Assembly (NCBI GenBank): GCA_965200965.1
Contig: OZ241744.1
Coordinates: 2,976,001 to 3,040,000, forward strand
From: an uncultured Candidatus Binatia bacterium
GTDB lineage: Bacteria > Desulfobacterota > Binatia > Bin18
Length of the DNA: 64,000 nt
Reading direction: 5' to 3'
The position numbers and the translations under genes are program-made. Under the pieces are notes generated by a model, which did not search any database, was not told where the DNA came from, and was given only the letters and a program-made list of their open reading frames with translations. Below, one piece after another: positions 29,452 to 39,683 of the stretch (position 1 is its first letter; every line of letters starts with the position of its first letter).

Positions 29452-30306
29452 ATGGACATCGGCGTATTCTTTTTCACCTCGGCCGAGTCGGCAGACCCGG
29501 CTGTTGTCGCCAAAAAAGCCGAAGCCCTCGGCTTTGCCTCAATCTGGGTCCCGGAACATCCGGTCCTGCCGGTTCACACCACCGTCGGCTACCCGGCCGC
29601 ACCCGACCGACCCATTCCGCGCACAATCGGCATTATCTCCGACCCGTTTGTGTCCCTGGCCCGGGCCTCGGCCACGACGAGCACGATCAAGCTCGGCACC
29701 GGCATCTGCCTTGTTCCAGAGCGCAACCCCCTGCTCCTGGCCAAAGAGATCGCCACCCTCGATCATTACTCCGGCGGGCGCTTTTTGTTCGGCATCGGTG
29801 CCGGCTGGCAAAAAGAAGAGTGCGAGGTCATGGGCGGAGATTTTCCGCGGCGTTGGACCCAGACCCGCGACTCGGTGCTGGCCATGAAAGAGCTGTGGAC
29901 CACCGACGAGTCCGAGTATCACGGGCGGTATTATGACTTTCCGGCCCTCAAATGCTTCCCCAAACCCGCCCAAAAGCCCCATCCGCCGGTCCTGTTGGGC
30001 GGCTCGGCCAAGAATGTATTCAAGCGCACGGTCGCGTGGGGCGACGGCTGGATGCCGGTCAGCACCTCGCCCACCACGATCAAGGACGGCCGCCGGAAAC
30101 TTGACGAGTTGGCCGCCAAAGCCGGTCGTGACCCGGCCTCCATCAGCGTCCTGGCCTTTGGCCAGCCCGGCCAGTTGCGCAAGAAGGACGAGCTCCACGC
30201 GCTGGAAGAAGTCGGGGCTGAGCACGCCATTATCTGGCTCAACGCCTTTGAGCAGGATGCCGTTGTTGCTGAGTTGGAAGCACTCGCCGCCGAGCTGTTG
30301 GGCTAG
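29452..30306 (+). CDS. LLM-class (putative F420-dependent) oxidoreductase
   Basis: WVPEH, DPFVSLA, LAKEIATLDHYSGGR, PKPAQKPHPP. Confidence 0.92.
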   Translation: MDIGVFFFTSAESADPAVVAKKAEALGFASIWVPEHPVLPVHTTVGYPAAPDRPIPRTIGIISDPFVSLARASATTSTIKLGTGICLVPERNPLLLAKEIATLDHYSGGRFLFGIGAGWQKEECEVMGGDFPRRWTQTRDSVLAMKELWTTDESEYHGRYYDFPALKCFPKPAQKPHPPVLLGGSAKNVFKRTVAWGDGWMPVSTSPTTIKDGRRKLDELAAKAGRDPASISVLAFGQPGQLRKKDELHALEEVGAEHAIIWLNAFEQDAVVAELEALAAELLG

Positions 30307-30336
30307 GTGAAGAGCCGCCGACACAAGGAGGTGAGG

Positions 30337-30846
30337 GTGAACTCTCAGCGCATCATTATGGTCGCCGTGCTGATCCTGACGGCCATCACGCTCAACTGGG
30401 GCGTGCTGGCACTCTTTGACCAGAAGAGCGCCGACCGGGCCGCACACAGCCTGGTCGGGATTCTGCTGCTCATGGCCTATGTGGCCCTGCGTGCCAGAAA
30501 GCGCGCCGTCGGCGTCTTTTTCGTTGCCCTCATCCCGTGTTACCTCGGCACAGTGTTTCCAGACCTGGACATCAAGCTGCTGGGCATTGGCGGCCACCGT
30601 AACCCCCTCTTTCACAGCAGCCTGTCTTTTTTCGGGCTGGCCTTGCTCGTCGGGCCGCGGGCCGGCTTCCTGGCCGCAATGCTGGTTGGCTATGGGGTGG
30701 GCCTGGCCAGTCACCTGTGGTGGGACGCGATCTATTACGGCGATGTCCGCTGGCTGCCGGGCAGGACCCTTGACCGCCTGTGGCTGGGCGCTCATGGCCT
30801 GCTGTGCCTGAGCACGCCGGGGGAAGCTAAAAACGCTTTTGGCTAA
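30337..30846 (+). CDS. Membrane-bound metal-dependent hydrolase-like protein (YdjM-like)
   Basis: Hydrophobic; FPDLD, GHRNPLFHS, SHLWWD motifs. Confidence 0.65.
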   Translation: MNSQRIIMVAVLILTAITLNWGVLALFDQKSADRAAHSLVGILLLMAYVALRARKRAVGVFFVALIPCYLGTVFPDLDIKLLGIGGHRNPLFHSSLSFFGLALLVGPRAGFLAAMLVGYGVGLASHLWWDAIYYGDVRWLPGRTLDRLWLGAHGLLCLSTPGEAKNAFG

Positions 30847-30909
30847 GCTGGTAAAAACCGCCGGCTCGGTGTAAGACACAGGCAGGACGGCAGTATCAAG
30901 GAGGGGAAT

Positions 30910-32265
30910 ATGCGACAGGTATACACAAACGCCCGGCTGATTGACGGCTTGGCAGACCACCCCCAGGCCGGCGTGTCCATTGTTGTTGAGGGCGAGCGCA
31001 TCACCAGGGTCAACTCCGGCCAGGTGCCAACCCCGGCCGGGGCCGAGCTCATTGACCTGACCGGCAAGACGGTCGTTCCTGGTCTGATCGACACCCATGT
31101 TCATGCTACCTTCCTGGACAGCGAATCGCTGCCCCTGTTTCTGGCCGCCGGCGTGACCACCGCCCGGGATGTCGGCGGCAAGCTGGAGAAGGTCAAACAA
31201 CTGCGTGAAGACCTGAAAACCGGCACCAAACTCGGCCCTCGCCTGTTCATCCTCGGCCCGCTGCTCGACGGGGTAGACCAGAGCTTTGACTACAACAGCG
31301 AACTGGGCGAGATGCTCGACAGCGTACCCTCACCAGAGGCCGTGCCGGACAAAATCGGCGAGCTGCTCAAGGCCGGCGTTGACGGGGTGAAGCTGTACTT
31401 CACCCTCCCGCCCGACACAGCCAAAGCGATCATCCGCTTTGTCGATAGGCGTGTGCCAGTTACTGGGCACCTGGGCTATACCCACTCCCTCGACCTCATC
31501 AAGGAGGGCATTGACGGCCTGGAGCACATGTGGATCTCGCCCTACAACGAGTTCTGCGCCCTCGACATGCAGTTTGGTGCCGGCGCATCCATGATGGACC
31601 CCGATTTCTGGACCCGGATTACCAAAGGCTGGGAAGAGGCTGACCTCCAGGGCGAAGGGGCCAAGACCTGGTTCGGGGCAATGGTTGACAAGCAGGTCAA
31701 CATGGGCACGACGCTTGACCTGTTGTGGCTGGCCAAGTTCGGCACCGAAGCCGCCCTCAATGACCCCGACCGCCGCTATATCCCCCCGATGGCCCTGAGA
31801 CGCCAGCGGGCGATGGCCGCCCGGCTTGGCGAACGGCCCGATTGGGACATGCACCCCGGCGTGTTTGATCCCGCACAATGCGGCAAAGCCCTGGAGAAAC
31901 ACCAGGAGGCGACCCGCATCCTGCACGAGTCCGGGGGGCTGGTGGTTGGCGGGACCGACTGCGGCGGCCTGCCCTACCCCCCGCCGGGCTTTGCCCTGCT
32001 GCGCGAGGTCGAGCTCCTGGCCGAAGCGATCGGGGCGATGGACGCGCTCAAGGCGGTCACATCGGTCGCCGCCCGCTATCTGCGCCAACAGGACACTATC
32101 GGCAGCGTAGCCCCGGGCCGCTATGCGGATTTTTCGATTCTTGACGGCGACCCGCTCCGCGATGTGCGCGAGCTGCGCAGCGCAACCGCGGTTGTGCGGG
32201 GAGGGGTGTGCTATGACCCGGCCAAGCTGCTGGAGCAGGTCCCGCACTCCGCGGCCGCCAACTAG
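30910..32265 (+). CDS. Amidohydrolase family protein
   Basis: PGLIDTHVH, GVTTARDVG, GTD, GSVAPGRYAD. Confidence 0.9.
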   Translation: MRQVYTNARLIDGLADHPQAGVSIVVEGERITRVNSGQVPTPAGAELIDLTGKTVVPGLIDTHVHATFLDSESLPLFLAAGVTTARDVGGKLEKVKQLREDLKTGTKLGPRLFILGPLLDGVDQSFDYNSELGEMLDSVPSPEAVPDKIGELLKAGVDGVKLYFTLPPDTAKAIIRFVDRRVPVTGHLGYTHSLDLIKEGIDGLEHMWISPYNEFCALDMQFGAGASMMDPDFWTRITKGWEEADLQGEGAKTWFGAMVDKQVNMGTTLDLLWLAKFGTEAALNDPDRRYIPPMALRRQRAMAARLGERPDWDMHPGVFDPAQCGKALEKHQEATRILHESGGLVVGGTDCGGLPYPPPGFALLREVELLAEAIGAMDALKAVTSVAARYLRQQDTIGSVAPGRYADFSILDGDPLRDVRELRSATAVVRGGVCYDPAKLLEQVPHSAAAN

Positions 32266-32291
32266 CACCGCCGGCCTGCTGCGACAGTGCA

Positions 32292-33581
32292 ATGGACCAG
32301 CACCGTTTCAACCGTGAGTTGTTCGCCTTCCTGGCCGCCTCGCCGACCGCTTTCCACGCCGTCGAACAGATGGCCGCGCGCTTAGTGGCCGGCGGATTTG
32401 AGCGGCTGGCCGAGGCCGACGCCTGGCGGCTGGCTCCGGGCGGTCGCTATTTCATTACCCGCAACGACTCGGCGCTTATTGCCTGGACCATGCCGCTTGA
32501 CGGCTCGCCGGCCGAGAGCGGCTTTCGGATGGTTGGGGCGCATACCGACTCACCCTGCCTCAAGGTCAAACCCCAGCCCGACATGCACCGCCACGGCTAC
32601 GCCCAGCTCGGGGTCGAAGTCTACGGCGGGGTGCTGCTCAACCCGTGGTTTGATCGCGACCTGTCGCTCGCCGGCCGGGTCAGTTATCTGAATCGCCGCG
32701 GCCACCTCACCCAGCGTTTGATCGATTTCTCCCGGCCGGTGGCCATCATTCCCAGCTTGGCCATTCATCTCGACCGTGAGGCCAACACCAGCCGCTCGAT
32801 CAACGCCCAGACCTATCTCCCGCCCGTCCTCGGACAGACCGGGGACAAACCGGACTTGAGAGCCCTCCTCCACCAACGGCTTGCGGCAGACCACGGCTCG
32901 GATGTCGCCCAGGTCCTGGACTATGAGTTGTTTTTCTATCCCAGCCAGCCCCCGGAGTTCATCGGCCTTGACCGCGAGTTTATCGCCTCGGCCCGGCTCG
33001 ACAACCTGCTGAGCTGTTTTATCGGCCTGCACGCTCTGCTCGCCGCCGGCACCGACCAAGCCGCCCTGCTCGTCGCCAACGATCATGAAGAGGTCGGCAG
33101 CGCCTCAAGCTCCGGGGCGCGCGGGCCGATGCTCAGGCACATGCTGGAGCGGGTCTTGCCCGACCCCCAGCAGCGCGGCCGGGCGCTGTCGCGCTCGCTG
33201 CTGATCTCCACCGATAACGCCCACGGCCTGCACCCCAATTTCCCTGACCGGCATGACGACAATCACGGCCCGCTGCTCAACCACGGCCCAGTCATCAAAC
33301 TCAACGCCAACCAGCGCTACGCCAGCAACAGCCAGACCAGCGCCGTCTTCCGCAAACTGGCCGCGGAGGAAGACACGCCGGTCCAGGTCTTTGTGGCGCG
33401 CAGCGACATGGCCTGCGGCAGCACCATCGGACCGCTGACCGCGGCCGAGATTGGCGTACCAACCGTGGATGTGGGCGTGCCCCAGTGGGCCATGCACTCC
33501 GCCCGCGAGGTAGCCGGAGTACGCGATGCCTTCAGCCTGAGCCGGCTCCTGCGCCGGTTTTTCAGAACAGCCGTGCTGTAG
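32292..33581 (+). CDS. apeB: M18 aspartyl aminopeptidase
   Basis: GAHTDSP, RLDNL, DHEEVGS, CGSTIGP, MHSARE. Confidence 0.92.
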   Translation: MDQHRFNRELFAFLAASPTAFHAVEQMAARLVAGGFERLAEADAWRLAPGGRYFITRNDSALIAWTMPLDGSPAESGFRMVGAHTDSPCLKVKPQPDMHRHGYAQLGVEVYGGVLLNPWFDRDLSLAGRVSYLNRRGHLTQRLIDFSRPVAIIPSLAIHLDREANTSRSINAQTYLPPVLGQTGDKPDLRALLHQRLAADHGSDVAQVLDYELFFYPSQPPEFIGLDREFIASARLDNLLSCFIGLHALLAAGTDQAALLVANDHEEVGSASSSGARGPMLRHMLERVLPDPQQRGRALSRSLLISTDNAHGLHPNFPDRHDDNHGPLLNHGPVIKLNANQRYASNSQTSAVFRKLAAEEDTPVQVFVARSDMACGSTIGPLTAAEIGVPTVDVGVPQWAMHSAREVAGVRDAFSLSRLLRRFFRTAVL

Positions 33582-33585
33582 AGGG

Positions 33586-34395
33586 ATGAAGAACATGGTA
33601 GACCAAGCGCTCGACTTCCAGGCCGAAAGCGACACCTTTTCTGAACTGCTTGACGGCCTGAGCGATCAGGACTGGAGCCGGACCACCCAGTTCAAGGGCT
33701 GGACCATTAACGATGTGCTGGCCCACCTCCATCTCGGCAACTATCTGGCAGACCTGTCCTTGCAGGACAGCCGGGCCTTCCTCGACTTTATCCAGACCTT
33801 CGGCAGACAGTCCCCCAACCGCCTCCAGGCCACCCACGACTGGCTTGAGGGTCTGCGCAACCGCGCCCTGCTGGAGCGTTGGCGAGCGTTCTACACCGAC
33901 ATGGCCGGCCGATTTGCCAGCGCTGACCCCAAGCTGCGGGTCAAATGGGTCGGGCCGGATATGAGTGTGCGCTCCAGCATCAGCGCCCGGCAGATGGAAA
34001 CCTGGGCCCACGCCCAGGCTGTGTATGACCTGCTGGGCCGGGAGCGGACCGCAAGCGACCGCCTCAAAAATGTCGCCTTCATGGGCGTCAATACCTTTGC
34101 CTGGACCTTTCGCAACAGAGGGCTACCCGTGCCCGCCGACCCGCCCTATGTCCGGCTCCACGCCCCCTCGGGTGCAGTATGGGAGTGGCAGCCGGCCAAC
34201 GACTACAACACGGTTCAGGGCCAGAGCCTGGAGTTCTGCCAGGTCGTGACCCAGGTGCGCAACATTGCCGACACGAGTCTTGAAGTACGGGGCGACACCG
34301 CCACCGCCTGGATGTCTCTCGCCCAGTGTTTCGCCGGCCCGCCTGAGAACCCGCCGCGGCCGGGCAGCCGTTTTCGGCAGACGGGATACGCCTGA
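33586..34395 (+). CDS. TIGR03084-like MDMPI/DinB-superfamily metal-binding protein
   Basis: GWTINDVLAHL, ARQMETWAHAQ, FCQVVTQVRN, AQCFAGPP. Confidence 0.85.
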   Translation: MKNMVDQALDFQAESDTFSELLDGLSDQDWSRTTQFKGWTINDVLAHLHLGNYLADLSLQDSRAFLDFIQTFGRQSPNRLQATHDWLEGLRNRALLERWRAFYTDMAGRFASADPKLRVKWVGPDMSVRSSISARQMETWAHAQAVYDLLGRERTASDRLKNVAFMGVNTFAWTFRNRGLPVPADPPYVRLHAPSGAVWEWQPANDYNTVQGQSLEFCQVVTQVRNIADTSLEVRGDTATAWMSLAQCFAGPPENPPRPGSRFRQTGYA

Positions 34396-34562
34396 CCTGC
34401 GCAGGGCAGGCCGACGAACCGGACGACCCCCATTACCGAGCGGCGGCCAACCCAGCACCCGGCAAGGGCGACAGATGGATGTTCGGCTGCCATAGTATGG
34501 GCCGCGCGCTTGACCTTCCCGGCCCGACAAGCCTACAAGGGTCTGATACCGGAGACCGTGCT

Positions 34563-35915
34563 ATGGCCCATTGCATGCGCTGGAGAACAGCCCTGTGTCT
34601 GCTTGCCGTCTGGCTGGTGTTGTTGGCCTCGCCCGGGGCCGGCCAGGTGCCAGACGGTCCGCCCGAGCGCCGGAGCTGGCGGACGCTGGCCGAACTCGGG
34701 GAGCGGGAGCGGTCTGCGTTTGACCCGCGGACCCACACCCCGCGTGACTCCCGATATCCCTATATTCCAGCCGAGCGTTACCCGTTTGAGCCGCCCTATA
34801 CGGCCGAGGAGATGGGCTTTCGGGCGATGGAGTTCAGCCACTCGCCGCGCTGGTCGTGCAACCTGATTGACGTGAGCGGCAAGCTGACCAGCCAGGGCTA
34901 TCTCTTCACCTCCAAACTCTACAGTCCGATCTTCTACGTTCCCAACGCCAAAGGGCTGAGCGGCTTTGCCGGAGAGTTGTACGGCACGCTGCCCGGCCAA
35001 CCCACCCGCCAGATTACCGGCCAGGATGTGTTTCCGCCCGAGACCTACGGCAATCAGATGAACCTGATCCAGTACCGGACCGACCGGGAGCATCCCACCC
35101 GCTGGGACCTGTTTGTGTACACCGACGGGCTGCGCCGTGTCCGCCGCCAGCCGTCTCCACGGCGGGGGGATAAACTCGCCCAGGGCTCGGAGGGGTTTGA
35201 CGATGTGTTTGGACGCGATCCGTGGGAGTTTGACTGGCAGGTGCTGGGGACGGATGTGCTGTACGAAACCATCCGTTTTCCTGCAACCCGCCCGACCATC
35301 ACCCTGGCCCGTCCCGACGGAACCTTTTATACGGTGGCAAGCAAAGACCTGCGGCTCATGGGCGAGAGCTACCCGTTTTATACGGCTGAGGACGGGGTGC
35401 GGTGCTGGGTCGTCAAAGCCGAGGTCAAAGAAGACTGGTTGCCCAACTACTACGCGCCAACGATTCTCTACTGGCTCGACCGGCACTATTTTTATCCGCT
35501 GCGGATTGAGCAGTACGGCCGCGACGGCACGCTGATTTTTGTGGAAACCCGCCTTGCCGAGCATCTCAACCCGGCTATGGGCGAGCAGGGCTACGGGATG
35601 CACTTCAACTACTACTGGGATGTCAGCCTTGACTACATGGGCTACAGCGTTCACGACGCCCATGTTGTCCGCGAGTGGTCGGAGCGGGATCAACAGGTCT
35701 TTTTCAGTCCCGCCGTGCTGCCCCGCAAATGGCACTTCGCCCCGCTCAAGAGCCAGGTCGAGGTCACCTCACCCGAGCAGTTTTTTCTGCGTCCCCGCCT
35801 TGACCGCGGCAAGTTTCCCCACCACCGCCCGATCGAACTGCCGGCCGCCCTTGAAGAACGGATTACGGCCCAAGAGGCGGCCGGCCAAGTGGTTTTCAGC
35901 GATGAAGACGGCTGA
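34563..35915 (+). CDS. DUF1329-like periplasmic protein
   Basis: Signal-like N-terminus, Y...LRRVRR motif, DDVFGRDPW. Confidence 0.65.
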   Translation: MAHCMRWRTALCLLAVWLVLLASPGAGQVPDGPPERRSWRTLAELGERERSAFDPRTHTPRDSRYPYIPAERYPFEPPYTAEEMGFRAMEFSHSPRWSCNLIDVSGKLTSQGYLFTSKLYSPIFYVPNAKGLSGFAGELYGTLPGQPTRQITGQDVFPPETYGNQMNLIQYRTDREHPTRWDLFVYTDGLRRVRRQPSPRRGDKLAQGSEGFDDVFGRDPWEFDWQVLGTDVLYETIRFPATRPTITLARPDGTFYTVASKDLRLMGESYPFYTAEDGVRCWVVKAEVKEDWLPNYYAPTILYWLDRHYFYPLRIEQYGRDGTLIFVETRLAEHLNPAMGEQGYGMHFNYYWDVSLDYMGYSVHDAHVVREWSERDQQVFFSPAVLPRKWHFAPLKSQVEVTSPEQFFLRPRLDRGKFPHHRPIELPAALEERITAQEAAGQVVFSDEDG

Positions 35916-35948
35916 GGCGCAGCATCCCGGCGGAGAAGTGGAAACCCC

Positions 35949-36212
35949 ATGAGCTCCCTTGCTTTTGACACCCACAAGGTCGCCGCTGCGCTGAAGCAGG
36001 CTGGGTTTGACGAGGGCCAAGCGGAAGCCGTCATCAACACCGTGGGCGATGCCCCAGGCGGCAAGGTCGCCACGAAGGCCGACCTGACGGAAGCGGTAGC
36101 GGCCGTGCGGGTGGACATGGCCGCTCAGTTTGCCGGCCTCCACAAACGGCTATGGCTCATGGCTGTCGGCATCGTCGGCCTGACCGTCACCCTGGTGAAA
36201 CTCATCCCCTGA
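35949..36212 (+). CDS. Short-stalk DUF1640/CCDC90-like protein (fourth paralog)
   Basis: LAFDTHK, VATKADL, LWLMAVGIVGLTVTLVKL. Confidence 0.8.
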   Translation: MSSLAFDTHKVAAALKQAGFDEGQAEAVINTVGDAPGGKVATKADLTEAVAAVRVDMAAQFAGLHKRLWLMAVGIVGLTVTLVKLIP

Positions 36213-36270
36213 TCATGGAAAGCGGGCAGGGGAACACACCCGCGCTCTGGACGACAGGAATACGCCACGG

Positions 36271-37071
36271 TCAGGGTTGGGGAGCTTGAGAGGGGCTTGG
36301 CGGCGGGGTTTTTTTGAGTTTCTGAAATTGCCCCTCCAGATGCTCTAAGGCCAGCATTTTTCTTTCTCGATGTTTGGGGTTTTCCTCCTCCTGAATAAAC
36401 TCTTTCAGGTGTTCAAGGAGAAACTCCACAATAGCGTCCCGGTTGCAGTCTTTGTTTTTGTTGCAATATCCAACAAGAGATTCTGCCAACTCCGCATACG
36501 GCTTGTTGCCCAGGCTCTCCTCCTCCCTTTTTATCGCCTCCTCAACAAAAGCTCTGGTGTAACCCCACTCCTTGGCATAGTAGCCGGAGATCGCCTCACC
36601 TTCCGATGCAGTGATTTGGTCATCGTCGGCTTTTGCGACTCTGAGACTCAGAGGCAGCATCAGCCCCAGCACTTCGTCAGCGATCACATCGAGAGGCGTG
36701 TTGATGTACTCGGGGATCTTGATCATCATCTTATCCTCAATCTTATCCCCAAACTTCCCCAAGAGCTTCTTCGCTCCGAGGTAGGCCCCTCCGGCAAGCG
36801 CACCGGCACCAACGACCCAGCCTATCGGCGTTGCTGCCGCCGCGCCAAGGCCAAGAGTTGCGAGAATACCCGATGTTGGGAAGAAAGTGGTGGCGACCAC
36901 TGAACTAGAGGCAACCAACGCCCCGCTAGAGCCAGCGCCGGCGGCCCCCAGCAATGTTGACAGGTTCTTGCGCATTCTCAGGAGTTTGTAGGCATCCTCT
37001 CCCATGCTGAGCTTTTCCTTGAATCTCCAGTCGTCCGCGAGGATCGTGATTTCTTCCTGGTCTTGGGCCAT
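36271..37071 (-). CDS. Gly/Ala-rich hydrophobic-hairpin protein with TerB-like C-terminus, paralog 2
   Basis: Glycine-zipper segment; VAKADD-IT-SE...I motif; clear paralog of 37279-38067. Confidence 0.65.
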   Translation of the reverse strand: MAQDQEEITILADDWRFKEKLSMGEDAYKLLRMRKNLSTLLGAAGAGSSGALVASSSVVATTFFPTSGILATLGLGAAAATPIGWVVGAGALAGGAYLGAKKLLGKFGDKIEDKMMIKIPEYINTPLDVIADEVLGLMLPLSLRVAKADDDQITASEGEAISGYYAKEWGYTRAFVEEAIKREEESLGNKPYAELAESLVGYCNKNKDCNRDAIVEFLLEHLKEFIQEEENPKHRERKMLALEHLEGQFQKLKKTPPPSPSQAPQP

Positions 37072-37196
37072 CAGGCTGCTCCTTTCAGGCCATCAAAGGA
37101 CTGGATGGCCTCCTTGATTTTCTGGGAGATATCGTGCTCTCTCATGTCCTCCATGAAGCCCTTGCCCAGGGCAAACAGGAGGATCAGCGGGCTCAG
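37071..37196 (-). pseudogene. 3' remnant of the duplicated 167-aa membrane protein gene
   Basis: LSPLILLFALGKGFMEDMRE...SFDGLKGAA* matches the C-terminus of 38067-38570. Confidence 0.85.
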
Positions 37197-37216
37197 CCGA
37201 CACATCGGCTGAGCCC
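37189..37216. repeat. Perfect 12-bp inverted repeat at the duplication junction
   Basis: GGGCTCAGCCGA-caca-TCGGCTGAGCCC. Confidence 0.9.
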
Positions 37217-37278
37217 CTGATTGTGGAAGACGGGCAGGGGAACACACCCGCGCTCCGGACGACAGGAATACGCCACGG

Positions 37279-38067
37279 TCAGGGCTGGGGAGGTTGAGAG
37301 GGGCCGGCGGTAGTGGTTTTTTTGAGTTTCTGAAATTGCCCCTCCAGATACTCCAAGGCTATCATTTTCTCTTCTCTACGGTCGCTGTTTTCCTCCTCTT
37401 GAATAATATCTTTGAGGTGTTTGCGGAAAGACCCCACGATCGCGTCCCGATTGCAGTCTTCGTTGTCATTGCAGAATCCGACAAGAGATTCTCCCAAAGC
37501 CTTATACCGTTTGTTGAGGGTGCTCTTCCCCGCCTTTTTCATCGCCTCCTCAACAAAAGCTCTGGTGTAACCCCACTCCTCGGCGTAGTAGTCGCAGATC
37601 GCCTTGCCTTCCGATGTGGTGATTTGGTCATCCCCGATTTTTGCGAATTTGAGACTCAGAGGCAGCATCTGTTTAAGCAACTCGCGAGCGAGCTCATCGG
37701 GACCTTTGTTAAGCTGCTTGGGGAATTTGTGCATCAGAGCTCCCTCAAGCTTATCAGAGAGCTTCTTCGCTCCGAGGTAGGCCCCTCCGGCAAGCGCGGC
37801 GGCAGCAACGACCCAGCCTAGCGGCGTTTCTGCCGGCGCTCCAAGACCAAAGGTTGCGAGAAAACCCGATTTTGGGAAGAAAGTGGTGGCGACCGCCGAA
37901 CTAGAGGCAACCAGCACCCCAGCAGCGCCAGCGCCGGCGACCCCCAGAACTATTGACAGCTTCTTCCGCAATCTCAGGACTTTGTAGGCATCCTCTCCAA
38001 TGCCGAGCTTTTCCCTGAATATCCGGTCGTCGGCAAGGATTTCCTGGGGTCCTGAGTCCTGGGCCAT
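37279..38067 (-). CDS. Gly/Ala-rich hydrophobic-hairpin protein with TerB-like C-terminus, paralog 1
   Basis: Same architecture as 36271-37071; TAATG-coupled to the upstream gene. Confidence 0.65.
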   Translation of the reverse strand: MAQDSGPQEILADDRIFREKLGIGEDAYKVLRLRKKLSIVLGVAGAGAAGVLVASSSAVATTFFPKSGFLATFGLGAPAETPLGWVVAAAALAGGAYLGAKKLSDKLEGALMHKFPKQLNKGPDELARELLKQMLPLSLKFAKIGDDQITTSEGKAICDYYAEEWGYTRAFVEEAMKKAGKSTLNKRYKALGESLVGFCNDNEDCNRDAIVGSFRKHLKDIIQEEENSDRREEKMIALEYLEGQFQKLKKTTTAGPSQPPQP

Positions 38068-38570
38068 TAGGCTACTCCTTGCAGGCCATCAAAGGACCGG
38101 GTGGCCTCCTTCTTGATTTCTTGGTAGACAAGTTTCTCTCGCATATCTTCCATGAAACCCTTGCCCAGGTTGAAAAGGAGGATCAGCGGGCTCAGCAGCG
38201 GCCCTAGGACCGCTCCCAAAACGGGGATGGCGCTGATAAGCAGGGAGACGATCAGGCCCAGGATCAGGCCGAATGTCGTCCGTGGATATTGTTTGGCGAA
38301 ATCAAGGGCGATTTCAATAATTCTCCTGCCCACCCTCAAGATGCGGTCTCCAACCTGGATCGCTTTGTCCATGAAGGACGCCAGGAATGCTTTCGCGTCC
38401 GCGGAAATCGGCAGGTTGGCGATCATGCGCTCCAGTTTTTGCTTGGGGAGTTCCTGGGACTTCCACTCACGATAGAGTTGTTCCACTTTATCGCTCTCAA
38501 TCTCGGCGGCGATTTTTTTGCCTGTCTCCAGGTCAACGGCTTCGGTTCTCACGGTGTCCTCCTTTTGCAC
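38067..38570 (-). CDS. Hypothetical membrane protein
   Basis: Hydrophobic hairpin FGLILGLIVSLLISAIPVLGAVLGPLL. Confidence 0.7.
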   Translation of the reverse strand: MQKEDTVRTEAVDLETGKKIAAEIESDKVEQLYREWKSQELPKQKLERMIANLPISADAKAFLASFMDKAIQVGDRILRVGRRIIEIALDFAKQYPRTTFGLILGLIVSLLISAIPVLGAVLGPLLSPLILLFNLGKGFMEDMREKLVYQEIKKEATRSFDGLQGVA

Positions 38571-38637
38571 GGTTTCTGTTTACAAAGCACAAACTTGAGG
38601 AGGGAGCAAGAGGCACTATCACGCCGTCAGCATTGCT

Positions 38638-39414
38638 CTACAACTCCATCGGCAGGACCAGATATTCGTCATAGATGAAGTCGCGGTGCTCAACCAGAGC
38701 CGGATCAAGTGCGCTGCTGATCTCCGGGTCAAGCGCCTCAAAGGCTTTGCGCAGGCCCTCTACCATTGGGCATTTGTCCGGCGGCAGGGGCGCGACCAAA
38801 GCGGCAAAGGTTGCCCAGTACACGTCGAGAGCGCTCAGACGCTCGCCGAGCAGAAACCGGCTGCCGGCGGCTTTCTGGGCCTGGAGCCGCTCGGACAAGA
38901 GCCGGAGCACCTCAAGCGTCCGTTTGCGGACCTGGGGACCGATGCCGGGTCGATAGCCGTACTTTGCGCCGAGATACTGGGCAACTCCGGCGTCCATTGG
39001 AAACGCGGCCTTGGGATCAAGCGCCTGGTCAACCATGACCAGCCGTATGCTCCAGCCAAAGCCCAGCTCGCCGCAGATTTCGTTGGCCAGCCCGAACAGC
39101 AGCGCCCGCTGGGCCGGGTCTTCAGGAATCAGCCGTGGCTCAGGGGCCAGGCGTTCGGCCAGCAGCAGAATCTCGGCCCAGCCCGAACGGGCCGGCTCGT
39201 TCTCGTACACTATCGCCGGTCCGCTATCGACCCCGGTCCATTCGACCAGAGCCGTGTTGTCGCCGCCCGGGACATAGCGCGTCCCAACACACGGAATCTG
39301 TTTGATATGAAAGAAACCCTTGGCCGCTTCGCCCCACGGGCTGGGCGTGCCGCCGACAAATGCGCCGCGCAGCCCCGAACTCTTCTTCGCCGTTTCAATG
39401 TCTACAAATTCCAT
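38638..39414 (-). CDS. Glutathione S-transferase-like protein
   Basis: PSPWGEAAKG N-terminal motif, FLLGERLSALDVYWA C-terminal motif. Confidence 0.75.
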   Translation of the reverse strand: MEFVDIETAKKSSGLRGAFVGGTPSPWGEAAKGFFHIKQIPCVGTRYVPGGDNTALVEWTGVDSGPAIVYENEPARSGWAEILLLAERLAPEPRLIPEDPAQRALLFGLANEICGELGFGWSIRLVMVDQALDPKAAFPMDAGVAQYLGAKYGYRPGIGPQVRKRTLEVLRLLSERLQAQKAAGSRFLLGERLSALDVYWATFAALVAPLPPDKCPMVEGLRKAFEALDPEISSALDPALVEHRDFIYDEYLVLPMEL

Positions 39415-39683
39415 TCTCGTGTCCTCCTCAATTTCTCAGTGACCCAACGCTTGACCAGGCTGTCGGGGGAAAGCCCACGGCTGCGGGCCGCTCCTTCGAG
39501 TTTGGCATACAGGGCGGGATCAAGCGTGATCCGCGGCCTGCGCTGGGCACGCAATTCAAAGCTCACCTCAGCCGTCTCTTCGGTGTAATCGGCCAGACTG
39601 TGGGAATCCCAGAACTGTCCGGCCTCCTCCGGAGTGGTCGCCCGAGAGATGCCGGTCCGTCCGTCCCTGTCATTTTCGTTCAT
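39402..39683 (-). CDS. CopG/BrnA-like antitoxin
   Basis: EEAGQFWDSHSLADY plus C-terminal RHH-like segment. Confidence 0.8.
   Translation of the reverse strand: MNENDRDGRTGISRATTPEEAGQFWDSHSLADYTEETAEVSFELRAQRRPRITLDPALYAKLEGAARSRGLSPDSLVKRWVTEKLRRTREWNL

Noticed and set aside
29539-31200. Long antisense ORFs (also 14978-16657, 56864-58609, 60427-61875, 34533-35735 and others)
   Set aside because: They are shadows of well-supported genes on the opposite strand in GC-rich DNA and show no recognisable motifs.
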